Source: Planctomycetota bacterium
GTDB lineage: Bacteria; Planctomycetota; UBA1135; GCA-002686595
DNA: 64,000 nt
Direction: 5' to 3'
NCBI GenBank assembly: GCA_046349615.1
Contig: JAXMBZ010000005.1
Coordinates: forward strand, 49,785 to 113,784
Shown: positions 28,462 to 37,282 of the stretch, one piece after another
How positions within the stretch are numbered: position 1 is the stretch's first letter
Layout: every line of letters begins with the position of its first letter
Translations under genes and position numbers: made by a program
The notes under the pieces: model-generated
Database searches by the model: none
Seen by the model: the letters and a program-made list of their open reading frames with translations, nothing else
What the model was told of the DNA's origin: nothing

Positions 28462-28537
28462 GCCCACGTAGCTCAGTTGGCAGAGCAGGTGACTCTTAAT
28501 CATCAGGTCGTAGGTTCGAGCCCTACCGTGGGCACCA
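28462..28537 (+). tRNA. tRNA-Lys (anticodon CUU), with CCA encoded.
   Basis: The acceptor gcccacg/cgtgggc pairs perfectly. The anticodon stem is ggtga/tcatc with loop ctcttaa. The T arm is gtagg-ttcgagc-cctac, followed by the discriminator A and CCA. Confidence 0.75.
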
Positions 28538-28651
28538 TCCTCGCGCTTCGTGCGTGAGGGGTGCGGTCGAGTCGAGACTCCCGCGCGTCGTTGCGCGAGT
28601 TCGAGCCGTGCGCGAACGTCCGCTCCATCCGGGGCGCCGGCGCCCCAAACC

Positions 28652-29647
28652 TCATGCGCTGCTCGTCGACGGGCGCGGTTCCGAGGACAGGCCGGGCACG
28701 CCGTCGCCGGGGGACAAGCCGCCGAGCGAGCGATAGACGCGCGCCCAATACGCCGCGCGGACGACGCCCAGGAAGCCGGGCAGCAGGAGCAGCAGCGAGG
28801 CGTACAGGAGCTCGAGCGTCTTCACCACCCACGGCTTGCGCACGAAGAGCAGCAGGAGGAGCGCCGGGGCGAGGCAGCAGATGCCGGTGAGCGAGAACAC
28901 GAAGACCACGAACGCGACGCCCTGCACGAGGATCAGCACGAGGAACGCGAGGAAGTCGACGAGCACCGCCCGCGCCGTCGCCCACGCGTCGTGGCGCGCG
29001 ATGCGCCAGGCATGGAGCAGAGCGGAGGCGGTGCCGCGCCGGTTGTGCACGAGGCTCTGCAGGGCGAGCTGGTAGAGCACCGAGAGCACGAAGCCCATCA
29101 CGAGGACCACCGCGACGAACGGGCCGAGGATGAGCGCGGAGACAGCGTTCGCGTCCTCCGTGGCCGCACCGGGCGTCCAACCCCAGTGTTCGAGCAGGTA
29201 GAGCGGCGGCGCGAGGACGACGAGCGAGGGGATCGCGAGCATCAGCAGGACGAGGAACCACAGCCCCAGCGTGCTCCAACCGAGTCCGCGCCCCGCGCGC
29301 CAGACGTCGCGGATCCGCGGAGTGCGACGCTCGCGCGTGTGCTCGCTCCACGCCTCGGGCGATCCGAGCCGCGCGAGCCCGGCGGTCATGCGCGCGCCGA
29401 GCACGGCGAAGAGCACGCCGATGCCGATCACGATGCGTCCGCCTTCGGAGACGCCGGTGCCGCGCTTGTAGAGCAGGCTGAGCAGGAGCTCGCCGCCGTT
29501 CCCACCGAGGAACGTGAGCGCGGGATAGAAGAACCCGCAGAGCCAGACGAGTCCCGGGCGGCTGACCTGGCGCGCAGCCGCGCCCATCGCGTCGGTCGCA
29601 CGCGACAGCGACCACGGCTCGCCGGGAATCCCGATCAAACTCGACAC
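28652..29647 (-). CDS. Polytopic integral membrane protein of unknown function (about 8 TM).
   Basis: Strongly hydrophobic helices run throughout (LVLLMLAIPSLVVLAPPLYLL, FVAVVLVMGFVLSVLYQLAL, and others). The start is uncertain; an internal ATG gives MGAAARQ. Confidence 0.5.
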   Translation of the reverse strand: MSSLIGIPGEPWSLSRATDAMGAAARQVSRPGLVWLCGFFYPALTFLGGNGGELLLSLLYKRGTGVSEGGRIVIGIGVLFAVLGARMTAGLARLGSPEAWSEHTRERRTPRIRDVWRAGRGLGWSTLGLWFLVLLMLAIPSLVVLAPPLYLLEHWGWTPGAATEDANAVSALILGPFVAVVLVMGFVLSVLYQLALQSLVHNRRGTASALLHAWRIARHDAWATARAVLVDFLAFLVLILVQGVAFVVFVFSLTGICCLAPALLLLLFVRKPWVVKTLELLYASLLLLLPGFLGVVRAAYWARVYRSLGGLSPGDGVPGLSSEPRPSTSSA

Positions 29648-29715
29648 GCGGGCTCCCTACGCTCGTCGCGCACGGCTCTTTCTCGGTCGCGCTCGGCGCG
29701 GGCTCGCATGCTCGC

Positions 29716-31047
29716 TCAGCGCGCGGCCTTCTCGAGCACGCGCCCCTGGCACGCGGCCTCGACCTCGTCGACGCCCTTCGGGATGCCGTGCGTGAGGCTC
29801 TCGCTCCCCGTCGCCGTCACGAGCACGTCGTCCTCGATGCGGACGCCGATCCCGCGCCAGCGCGCGTCGAGCGTGTCGTCGTCCACGGCGAAGTAGAGGC
29901 CGGGTTCGATCGTGAGCACCATCCCGGGCTCGAGCGGCCGCGACGCGCCGTCCTTCGAGTACGCGCCGCAGTCGTGCACGTCGAGACCGAGCCAGTGGCT
30001 CGTCCGGTGCATGTAGAAGCGCTTGTAGGCTTCGCTCGCGAGCTCCGTCTCGACCGAGCCCTTCAGGACCCCGAGGCGGACGAGCCCGCGCACGAGCACT
30101 TCGACCGCGCGATCGTGGACGTCCGTGAAGCGCACGCCGGGGCGCACGTACGCGATCGCGGCGAGCTGGGCCTCGAGGACGAGCTCGTACACCGCGCGCT
30201 GGTCGGGCGAGAAGCGGCCGTTCACGGGGAACGTGCGCGTCACGTCGCAGGCGTACCAATCGAACTCCGCGCCCGCGTCGATCAGGAGCAGGTCGCCGTC
30301 GACGAGCGGCTGGTCGTTCTCGATGTAGTGCAGGTAGCAGGCGTTCGCGCCGCCCGCGACGATCGGCGTGTACGCGGCGCCGGTGCCGCCGCTCTTGCGG
30401 AAGGTGTATTCGAGCACGGCGTCGAGCTCGGCCTCGTTCACGCCGGGCTTCGCGCGCTTCATGCACTCGAGGTGCGCCTCGCGCGTGATGCGCGCCGCGC
30501 GGCGCATGCGCTCGAGCTCGTCGGGCGACTTGAAGAGGCGCAGCTCGTGCAGCGTCGGCGCGACGTCGACGAGCTCGGCCGGCGGCGCGACGTTGCCGCG
30601 CGCGCTCCAGCGCAGGCGCGTCGTCGTCTCGAGCAGCCGCGCGTCGCGCACGGGGTCGATCCCCGTGCGGTAGACGATCCGCGCGTGGTTCGCGAGGAGC
30701 TTCGGGAGCTCCGCCCACAACGTCTCGATCGGGCGCGCCTCGTCGACGCCGAGTGAATCGGGCGCCGCGGCGACGCCGAGCCGACGGCCGGTCCAGATCT
30801 CGCGCTCGCGGTCCTTCTCGCGCAGGAAGAGCACGCTGCGCGGTGCTTCGCCGTCGGCGAGTCCGGGCAGGAGCACGAGGCAGGCGTCGGGCTCGTCGAA
30901 GCCGGTGAGCCACCAGAAGTCGCTGTCCGGCCGGTAGCGATACTCCGCGTCGTGGTTGCGCACCTTGTGCGCCGCGGACGGGATCACGGCGGCGGCGCGC
31001 TGCGCGCGGAGGAGCTCGAGGAAGCGGCGGCGATGGTCGCGGTGCAT
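29716..31047 (-). CDS. pepP: Xaa-Pro aminopeptidase (M24B, PepP).
   Basis: The N-terminal creatinase-like domain is followed by the pita-bread metal ligands (DAGAEFDWYACDVTRT, HRTSHWLGLDVHD, the EPGMVLTIEPGLYF loop, and the E residue in GVRIEDDVLV). Confidence 0.85.
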   Translation of the reverse strand: MHRDHRRRFLELLRAQRAAAVIPSAAHKVRNHDAEYRYRPDSDFWWLTGFDEPDACLVLLPGLADGEAPRSVLFLREKDREREIWTGRRLGVAAAPDSLGVDEARPIETLWAELPKLLANHARIVYRTGIDPVRDARLLETTTRLRWSARGNVAPPAELVDVAPTLHELRLFKSPDELERMRRAARITREAHLECMKRAKPGVNEAELDAVLEYTFRKSGGTGAAYTPIVAGGANACYLHYIENDQPLVDGDLLLIDAGAEFDWYACDVTRTFPVNGRFSPDQRAVYELVLEAQLAAIAYVRPGVRFTDVHDRAVEVLVRGLVRLGVLKGSVETELASEAYKRFYMHRTSHWLGLDVHDCGAYSKDGASRPLEPGMVLTIEPGLYFAVDDDTLDARWRGIGVRIEDDVLVTATGSESLTHGIPKGVDEVEAACQGRVLEKAAR

Positions 31048-31184
31048 GGGGCGAGGGAGAGGCTACCCGGCCGCGGCGGGGGAGGAAAAGGGCGCCGCGG
31101 GTCGAAGGTGAGCGAGGAGCCGTTTGGAAACGACGCGGGGCGGCCGCGACGCCGCCCCGCGCGAACTCGGACGTGCGAAGCGGG

Positions 31185-32816
31185 TCAGCCCTTCTTCGCC
31201 GCGCTCTCCGCCGCGCCGTCCGCGGACTTCACGCCCTCGTCGACGAGCTTCCCGAAGTACTCGGGCATCTGCACGCCGCCGATGTCCTTCATCATCTGCA
31301 TCGTCGGCGGGAGCGCGCCCGCGATGCCGCGGAGGAAGTTCGCCGTCGCGTTCTTGCCGTCCGCGCCGCCGCCGTCCCACACGACGATCTTGTCGAACTT
31401 GATGTTCGAGATCGCCTGCGCCGCGGTCTTCGAGAGGCCGTCGATGTGCTCGAGCATGAGCATCTGGAACGCCTGCTGCGAGCCTCCGCAGCTCTCGACG
31501 ATGCGCTTCAAGCCCTCGCCCTTCTTCGCGAGCATCTCGTACTGGCCGCGCGCTTCCGCTTCGAGTCGCGCGTAGATCGCGGCCGCTTCGCCTTGCGCCT
31601 CGATGCGGCGCCGTTCGGCCGCGGCCTCGGCGTCGACGATGATCTGCGCCTTGACGGCCTTCGCGACGGCTTCGAGCTCGGCGCGCTTCTCGGCCTCGAC
31701 CTTGGCTGCCTGTGCTTCGGCGGCGCGCGCCTGCGCCTTGTACTGGGCTTCGAGCACGGCGGCCTGCGCTTCGCGCTGGCGCGTCTCGCCGATCTGGTAC
31801 GCCTCGGCCTCGCGCACGCGCAGCTCGGCGTTCGCGCCCGCGATGTCGGCCTTCGACTTGTTCTCGCCGCTGACCGCTTTGGCGTTCGCGTCGGCGACGG
31901 AGATGCGCATCGTCTGCTCGGCGGCGCGCACCTGCATTTCCTGCTCGAACGCGGCCTTCTGCTGGCCGATCTGGCGTTCCTTCTCGAGCTCGGCAAGGCG
32001 CACGGCGCGTTCGCGCTCGGCGGTCTTCGTGCCGATGTCGCGCGACTTCTCGTTGTTCGCGACCTCGATCGCCTGGTCGCGCGACGCTTCCGCGACGCCG
32101 ATCGCGCCGCGCTTGACCTGCTGCGCGACGTCGATCTCGGCCTGCTGGATCGCCTCGGAGGCGGCCTTCTTGCCGATCGCCTCGATGTAGCCCGACTCGT
32201 CCGTGATGTCCTTGATGTTCACGTTGATCAGCACGAGGCCGATCTTCTTGAGCTCGGGCTCCAGGTTGCTCTGGATCTTGTTCAAGAACGTGTCGCGGTC
32301 GCGGTTGATCTCGTCGATGCGCATCGACGCGATCACCTGGCGGAGCTGGCCGAAGATCATGTCTTCCGCCTGCTTCACCACGGCCTGCGTCGGGAGCCCG
32401 AGCAGACGGATCGCGGCGTTCGTCATCGTCTCCTCGTCCGTGCCGATCGCGACGGTGAAGACGCTCGGCACGCTGACGCGGATGTTCTCGATCGAGAGCG
32501 CGCCCGAGAGCGGGATCTCGATCTGCACCGGGTCGAGCGCGAGGTACTCGTAGTTCTGCACCAGCGGCCACACGAACGCGCCGCCGCCGTGGAGGCACTT
32601 CGCGGAGCGGCCCGCGCCCGTCTTGCCGTAGATCACGAGGATGCGGTTCGACGGGCAGCGCTTGTAGCGCCGCGCGAGGACGAGCACGAACGTGAAGACG
32701 ATGATCGCGAGGGCGACGATGCCCAGGACGAGCACGAGCGTGCTCTTCGTGTCGTCGTCGATGAGCGGCTGCTGCGTCGCCGCGCCGCGCTGGAGGATCC
32801 AAGAGAGGGGAAGCAT
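31185..32816 (-). CDS. Flotillin-like SPFH/band-7 protein (FloT/YqiK type).
   Basis: An N-terminal TM helix is followed by the SPFH domain and a long Ala/Glu-rich coiled coil (AEAQAAKVEAEKRAELEA...). The product is 543 aa. Confidence 0.85.
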   Translation of the reverse strand: MLPLSWILQRGAATQQPLIDDDTKSTLVLVLGIVALAIIVFTFVLVLARRYKRCPSNRILVIYGKTGAGRSAKCLHGGGAFVWPLVQNYEYLALDPVQIEIPLSGALSIENIRVSVPSVFTVAIGTDEETMTNAAIRLLGLPTQAVVKQAEDMIFGQLRQVIASMRIDEINRDRDTFLNKIQSNLEPELKKIGLVLINVNIKDITDESGYIEAIGKKAASEAIQQAEIDVAQQVKRGAIGVAEASRDQAIEVANNEKSRDIGTKTAERERAVRLAELEKERQIGQQKAAFEQEMQVRAAEQTMRISVADANAKAVSGENKSKADIAGANAELRVREAEAYQIGETRQREAQAAVLEAQYKAQARAAEAQAAKVEAEKRAELEAVAKAVKAQIIVDAEAAAERRRIEAQGEAAAIYARLEAEARGQYEMLAKKGEGLKRIVESCGGSQQAFQMLMLEHIDGLSKTAAQAISNIKFDKIVVWDGGGADGKNATANFLRGIAGALPPTMQMMKDIGGVQMPEYFGKLVDEGVKSADGAAESAAKKG

Positions 32817-32856
32817 GGGGATGGGGTCACTTTCTCGTGCTCTAGGGCGGCGCGCC

Positions 32857-33432
32857 TCAGGCGAGCTCGACCTCGAACGTGTCTTCGGTGATCTGGCGGA
32901 CGATCTTCACTTCGGCGCCGGTCGGGATCTCCGTGCCCTTCGTCGACGCGGCGTACTCCTGCGTGCGACCTTGGATCGAGACGGTGATCTTGCCCTTGCC
33001 GGCGTTCTGCGCCGGGATCTTCAGGTAGACGCGCGCGACGCGGCCGACGGCGTTCTTCGGGTCGAGGTTGCCTTGGGCGTAGAGCGCGCGCTGCAGGCTG
33101 AAGAGCCAGGCGACGAACACGAGCATCACGAGCCCCGCAGCCGTCGCGCTGCCGAGCGTCGCGAGCGAACTCCACCCCCGCGCTGCGCCGAACATCCCCG
33201 TGAGTCCGAAGAAGCAGAGGAACGCGGCGACGCTGCGGATCGAGATGAGCCCGAACCCGGTGTCGTGGCCCGTCGGCTCGCCGCTGTCGGAAACTCCGAT
33301 GTCCGGCGCCGCGTCGACGTGAGGGACGTCGTGATCGCCGCCGCCCGTGAAGAGCAGGACGGTCTGGATCAAAAGCACGACTCCGCCGGCGACGGCGCAG
33401 CCCACGTACACGGTTTGGATCGACCAGTCCAT
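32857..33432 (-). CDS. NfeD-like membrane protein (YqiJ/YuaF type), partner of flotillin.
   Basis: Hydrophobic N-terminal helices are followed by a C-terminal OB-fold-like soluble domain (GKITVSIQGRTQEYAAST...VKIV). It sits immediately upstream of the flotillin gene on the same strand. Confidence 0.7.
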   Translation of the reverse strand: MDWSIQTVYVGCAVAGGVVLLIQTVLLFTGGGDHDVPHVDAAPDIGVSDSGEPTGHDTGFGLISIRSVAAFLCFFGLTGMFGAARGWSSLATLGSATAAGLVMLVFVAWLFSLQRALYAQGNLDPKNAVGRVARVYLKIPAQNAGKGKITVSIQGRTQEYAASTKGTEIPTGAEVKIVRQITEDTFEVELA

Positions 33433-33499
33433 CGAGCGTCTCCCGTCGACGGTCGGGTCCGTCGCAGGCGCAGAGCCTACTCGGCCCCGCCGTCCGCAT

Positions 33500-34642
33500 T
33501 CAACGTCGGTCGCCGCGGAGCGCGAAATGCTCGAGCGCGGAGACGAGCCACGCGAGCTTCTCCTGCTGGGTTTCCGCGAGCGTGAGGTCGACGACGACGC
33601 CGCCGGGCGGAACCGTGCCGACTTCCGCGACCGCGCACGCGATCCCGAGCTCGGGGAGCGCGAGCTCCTTCGCGAGCGCGGCGTACGTCGCGCGCCGCGG
33701 ATCGTCCTTCGCGAGCACGATCCACACGCCGTGCTCGCGCACCGCGGCGGGGAGTTCGTCGGGGGCGCGCGTCGGCCACTTCGGGTCCTTCGGCTCGAAG
33801 CGCGCGAAGAGCACGTGCGGTTCCTCGCCCTCCTTCACCTCGACGACGAGCGGCGCGCCGACCGTGGGTTGCTTGTCCCAGTCGACGTACTCCGCGCCGA
33901 CGCCGTAGTCCTCGACCCGCGGGAGCTCGAGCGCGACGCGCGCGGGCGGACCGGAGAGATGGCGCACCTCCGCCTGGACGCCTTCGTGTTCGACGGAGAG
34001 CGTGAGCTCGATCCGCGTCGCGCCGAGCTCGAGCCCGACGACGTGGAACGCGCGGCGCTCGCCCTCGACCGTCGGTGCGGGCGGGAGCGCGGGCCGGAGC
34101 ACCGTTCCGGCGGCGAGCGGCTGCGGGCGTCCACCGCGCGCGAGCGGCGTCCCCGCCGGGACCCCGGGCGCGAAGCGCGGGAGGAGCGCGGCGAAGAGCG
34201 CGCGATCGCTCGCGACGTGCGCGAAGTGCTCGTTCGCGTCGCGGTAGCGTCCCTGCTCGAGCGCGACGAGCGCGAGCACGGCCCTCGCGCGGGCGTCGCT
34301 CGGGTTCGCGCGCACGGCGATCAGTGCCGCGCGCCAACGCGCCCAGGTCGTCGACTCCTGGAGCGCTCCCCCGGTGAGGCCGGGCGCCGTGCGCTCGTTC
34401 GACTTCGAAGCCCCGCCGAAGCCCTCGGGCGCGGCTGCGGGCTCGACGTCGACCGGGAGCGCCGCGAGCGCGTCGCGCACCGGGCCCGAGGGGAACTCGA
34501 GCGTCATCCCCGCCGACTTCGGAGCCGTCTCCGCCGGGCTCCCCGTGCGTTCCTGCGCGCTCGGAGGCCGCGGCGCGACGGTCGGCCGCGCCGGCACGGA
34601 GGGGGACAGAGCGAGCGCGAGCGCGAGGAGGCCGAGCGACAT
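33500..34642 (-). CDS. Secreted hypothetical protein.
   Basis: A signal peptide (MSLGLLALALALSPSVPA) is present. Composition is diverse and no family was recognised. Confidence 0.45.
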   Translation of the reverse strand: MSLGLLALALALSPSVPARPTVAPRPPSAQERTGSPAETAPKSAGMTLEFPSGPVRDALAALPVDVEPAAAPEGFGGASKSNERTAPGLTGGALQESTTWARWRAALIAVRANPSDARARAVLALVALEQGRYRDANEHFAHVASDRALFAALLPRFAPGVPAGTPLARGGRPQPLAAGTVLRPALPPAPTVEGERRAFHVVGLELGATRIELTLSVEHEGVQAEVRHLSGPPARVALELPRVEDYGVGAEYVDWDKQPTVGAPLVVEVKEGEEPHVLFARFEPKDPKWPTRAPDELPAAVREHGVWIVLAKDDPRRATYAALAKELALPELGIACAVAEVGTVPPGGVVVDLTLAETQQEKLAWLVSALEHFALRGDRR

Positions 34643-34719
34643 GCCCGGAGGCTCCGCTCGCGTCTCGCGGCTGTCAAGCGCTTGAGCCCGGAGCGCCGCT
34701 CGGACATCCTGTGCGCTCC

Positions 34720-34971
34720 ATGGCCGCCATCGACAAGGACCTGCTCGCCATCCTGATCTGCCCCGAGAGCCACCAGCCGCTCGCGGAGGCGTCGAGCGAG
34801 CTCCTCACGCGCGTCAACGACCGCATTCGAACAGGCGGCGCGAAGAACGTCGGCGGCGCCGACGTGAAGGACCCGCTCGAGGCGGCACTCGTCCGCGCCG
34901 ACGGGAAGCGCGTGTACCCGATCCGCGACGGCATCCCGCTGCTCCTCGTCGACGAGGGGCTCGCGCTCTGA
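34720..34971 (+). CDS. Trm112-like small protein (DUF343).
   Basis: LLAILICPESHQPL ... YPIRDGIPLLLVDEGL matches the Trm112p-like zinc-ribbon-like fold pattern. An alternative ATG lies at 34711. Confidence 0.6.
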   Translation: MAAIDKDLLAILICPESHQPLAEASSELLTRVNDRIRTGGAKNVGGADVKDPLEAALVRADGKRVYPIRDGIPLLLVDEGLAL

Positions 34972-34996
34972 GCGCGGTCCCTCCCGGAGCGCGCGC

Positions 34997-36328
34997 GTGG
35001 ACTGGCGTCCGAACGTCGACGACGGACGGCGGCTCCGCCTCGGGTACGGCCTCAACCTGCACGCGCCGCGGACGCTCGCGGAGCTCGAGGACGGCCTCAC
35101 CGCGGTCACGCTCCCGTTGCGCGCGCGCGTCGCGCCGAACGCGCGCTTCGGCGTCGGGATGTACCTGCCCGCGGAGCTCGCGCACGCACTCGATCCCGCG
35201 CGCGATGCGCACGCGCTCGAACCGCTCGCCGCGTTCCTCGTCGAGCACGCGCTCGATCCGTTCACGTTCAACGCGTTCCCGTACGAGCGCTTCCAGTCGG
35301 ACGGATTGAAGGAGCGCGTCTTCGCGCCCGCCTGGTGGGAGCGCGCGCGGCTCGACTACACGCTCGCCGTCGCGCGGATCGCGGTCGAGCTCGCGGCGCG
35401 CGGAGCGAGTGGAGGTGCGGCGCGCGATGCGGGCCGACACGTCTCGATCTCGACGCACTGCGGGCAGTTCGGCGCGTTCGTCGAAGGGAGCGCGAACGAG
35501 CTCGCCGCGATCGCGCACTTCGCGCGCGCGGCGCTCGAGCTCGCGCGGCTCGAGGACGCGCGCGGCGTGCGCGTCGTGCTCGCGCTCGAACCCGAGCCGC
35601 GGTCGGCGTGCAACGACCTCGCGGCGCTCGCGCGCTTCCGCCCGCGGCTCCTCGAGCGCGGAGCACGCTTCCTCGCGCGCGAGCACGCCGTCGCGTCGTC
35701 GCGCGCCGAAACGCTCCTCGCGCGGCACGTCGGCGCGTGCGTCGACGCCTGCCACGCCGCAGTCGAGTTCGAGGACGCGTCGACCGCGGGCCGCGGCACC
35801 GGCGCGCTCGCGAAGCTCCAGTTCACGAGTGCGCTCGTCGTCCGCGAGCCGGCGACGAACGCGCGCGGACGAGCCGCGCTGCTCGCGCTCGACGAGCCGC
35901 GCTTCCTGCACCAGGTCACGGGGCGCCGCGGCGCGGAACTCCTGCGCGCGCGCGACCTCGGCGAGCTCTCCACGGGCCTCGAGCGCTGGCTCGCGTGCGA
36001 CGAATGGCGCTGCCACTTCCACGTGCCGGTCGACCTCGAGGAGGCGCGCGACGAGCGCGGCGCGCCGCTCGGGCTCGCGACGACGCGCGGGTTCGCGGAC
36101 GCGGTGCTCGAGCGCGTGCTCGGCTCTCAGGGCGCGGGGCATGGCGGCGCGGGCGGCGACCTCGGCGAGCTCCACCTCGAGATCGAGACGTACACCTGGG
36201 ACGTGCTCCCCGCCTTCGCGCGCCCGGGAGGGGACGCGAGCGACCGGCTGGTCGAGGGCCTCGCACGCGAGTACGCACACGTCGCGAGCGTGCTCGCGCG
36301 GGCCGGCTGGACGCCGGCGGGCGGCTGA
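34997..36328 (+). CDS. Hypothetical protein, possibly a xylose-isomerase-like TIM-barrel (sugar phosphate isomerase/epimerase) enzyme.
   Basis: The product is 443 aa. Weak pattern resemblance (HVSISTHCG, LALEPEP, HLEIETYTWDV) is to TIM-barrel isomerases. Composition is Ala/Arg-rich. Low confidence in the function. Confidence 0.35.
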   Translation: MDWRPNVDDGRRLRLGYGLNLHAPRTLAELEDGLTAVTLPLRARVAPNARFGVGMYLPAELAHALDPARDAHALEPLAAFLVEHALDPFTFNAFPYERFQSDGLKERVFAPAWWERARLDYTLAVARIAVELAARGASGGAARDAGRHVSISTHCGQFGAFVEGSANELAAIAHFARAALELARLEDARGVRVVLALEPEPRSACNDLAALARFRPRLLERGARFLAREHAVASSRAETLLARHVGACVDACHAAVEFEDASTAGRGTGALAKLQFTSALVVREPATNARGRAALLALDEPRFLHQVTGRRGAELLRARDLGELSTGLERWLACDEWRCHFHVPVDLEEARDERGAPLGLATTRGFADAVLERVLGSQGAGHGGAGGDLGELHLEIETYTWDVLPAFARPGGDASDRLVEGLAREYAHVASVLARAGWTPAGG

Positions 36329-36431
36329 GGGAAAGGGGCCTCCGGCGGGGTTGACAGCCCCCGGGTGGGACAGTACTTTTCCCGCCCTCTTCGCGGCAGG
36401 CCGACGCGGAGACGTCTCCGACGAACACGGC

Positions 36432-36509
36432 GGTCCCATCGTCTAGCCCGGCCTAGGACACCAGGTTTTCATCCTGGCGACAGGGGTTCAAATCCCCTTG
36501 GGATCACCA
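36432..36509 (+). tRNA. tRNA-Glu (anticodon UUC), with CCA encoded.
   Basis: The D arm cgtctagcccggcctaggacacc closely parallels the E. coli tRNA-Glu D arm. The anticodon stem is ccagg/cctgg with loop ttttcat. The T arm is agggg-ttcaaat-cccct. The acceptor ggtccca/tgggatc has one G-U pair. Confidence 0.8.
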
Positions 36510-36512
36510 TCC

Positions 36513-36557
36513 AAGCGGGCGGTGTCGACCTCGGTCGGCGCCGCCCGCTTTCTTTCC
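36513..36557 (+). terminator. Intrinsic terminator after tRNA-Glu (stem aagcgggcgg ... ccgcccgctt, then tctttcc).
   Basis: A 10-bp GC stem with an 18-nt loop is followed by a T-rich run, directly downstream of the tRNA. Confidence 0.5.
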
Positions 36558-36592
36558 CGCTCCCTTTCTCCCTCCATGGGGTCGCGCCCTCG

Positions 36593-37267
36593 ATGGACAC
36601 GCTGATCGTCATGGCCAAGGCTCCGCGGGCGGGCGTCGCGAAGACGCGCCTCGCCGCGGCGCGCGAGGTCGGTCCGGACGGCGCGGCGCGGATCGCGGCG
36701 GCGCTCCTCGAGGACACGCTCCGGACGGCGCGCGCCTTCGTCCACGCGGCGGGGGAGCGCGAGCTCGTCCTCGCCTTCGCGCCCGACGACGAACGCGCGT
36801 GGTTCGCCTCCGCGGCGCCGGATGCGCGCCTCCTCGAGCAGGGCGCGGGCACGCTCACGCCTCGGCTCGTGCGCGCGACGCGCGACGCGTTCGAGCGCGG
36901 CGCACGGCGCGTCGTCGTCGTCGGGACGGACGCGCCCGAGTTGTCGGTGAACGACCTCGAGCGCGCGTTCGAGGCGCTCGCGCGGCGCGCGGTCGTGCTC
37001 GGGCCGAGCGCGGACGGCGGGTACTGGCTCGTCGGGCTCGCGCGCGCGTGCGACGCGCTCTTCGAGGGCGTGCCGTGGAGCACGGCGCAGGTCCTCGCCT
37101 CGACGCGCGCGCGCGCGGCGGAGCTCGGGCTCGAGGTCGAGCTCCAGGACCTCCACTTCGACGTCGACGAGCCCGCGGACCTCGCGCGCGCAAAACGATG
37201 GCTCGCTTCGACGGCGGTGGAGCGCGCGCCCGCGCTGCGCGCCGAACTCACGCGCCTTCGGACCTGA
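36593..37267 (+). CDS. DUF2064 / TIGR04282-type nucleotidyltransferase-fold (MobA-like) protein.
   Basis: MDTLIVMAKAPRAGVAKTRL...VVVVGTDAP...GPSADGGYWLVGL is characteristic of this family. An alternative ATG lies 18 nt upstream. Confidence 0.65.
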   Translation: MDTLIVMAKAPRAGVAKTRLAAAREVGPDGAARIAAALLEDTLRTARAFVHAAGERELVLAFAPDDERAWFASAAPDARLLEQGAGTLTPRLVRATRDAFERGARRVVVVGTDAPELSVNDLERAFEALARRAVVLGPSADGGYWLVGLARACDALFEGVPWSTAQVLASTRARAAELGLEVELQDLHFDVDEPADLARAKRWLASTAVERAPALRAELTRLRT

Positions 37268-37282
37268 CGCGAACGGCGCTGC

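Noticed and set aside
31063-32802. 579-aa ORF in an alternative minus frame over the flotillin gene
   Set aside because: The frame of 31185..32816 gives a clear SPFH/flotillin sequence. The alternative frame is Arg/Asp junk.
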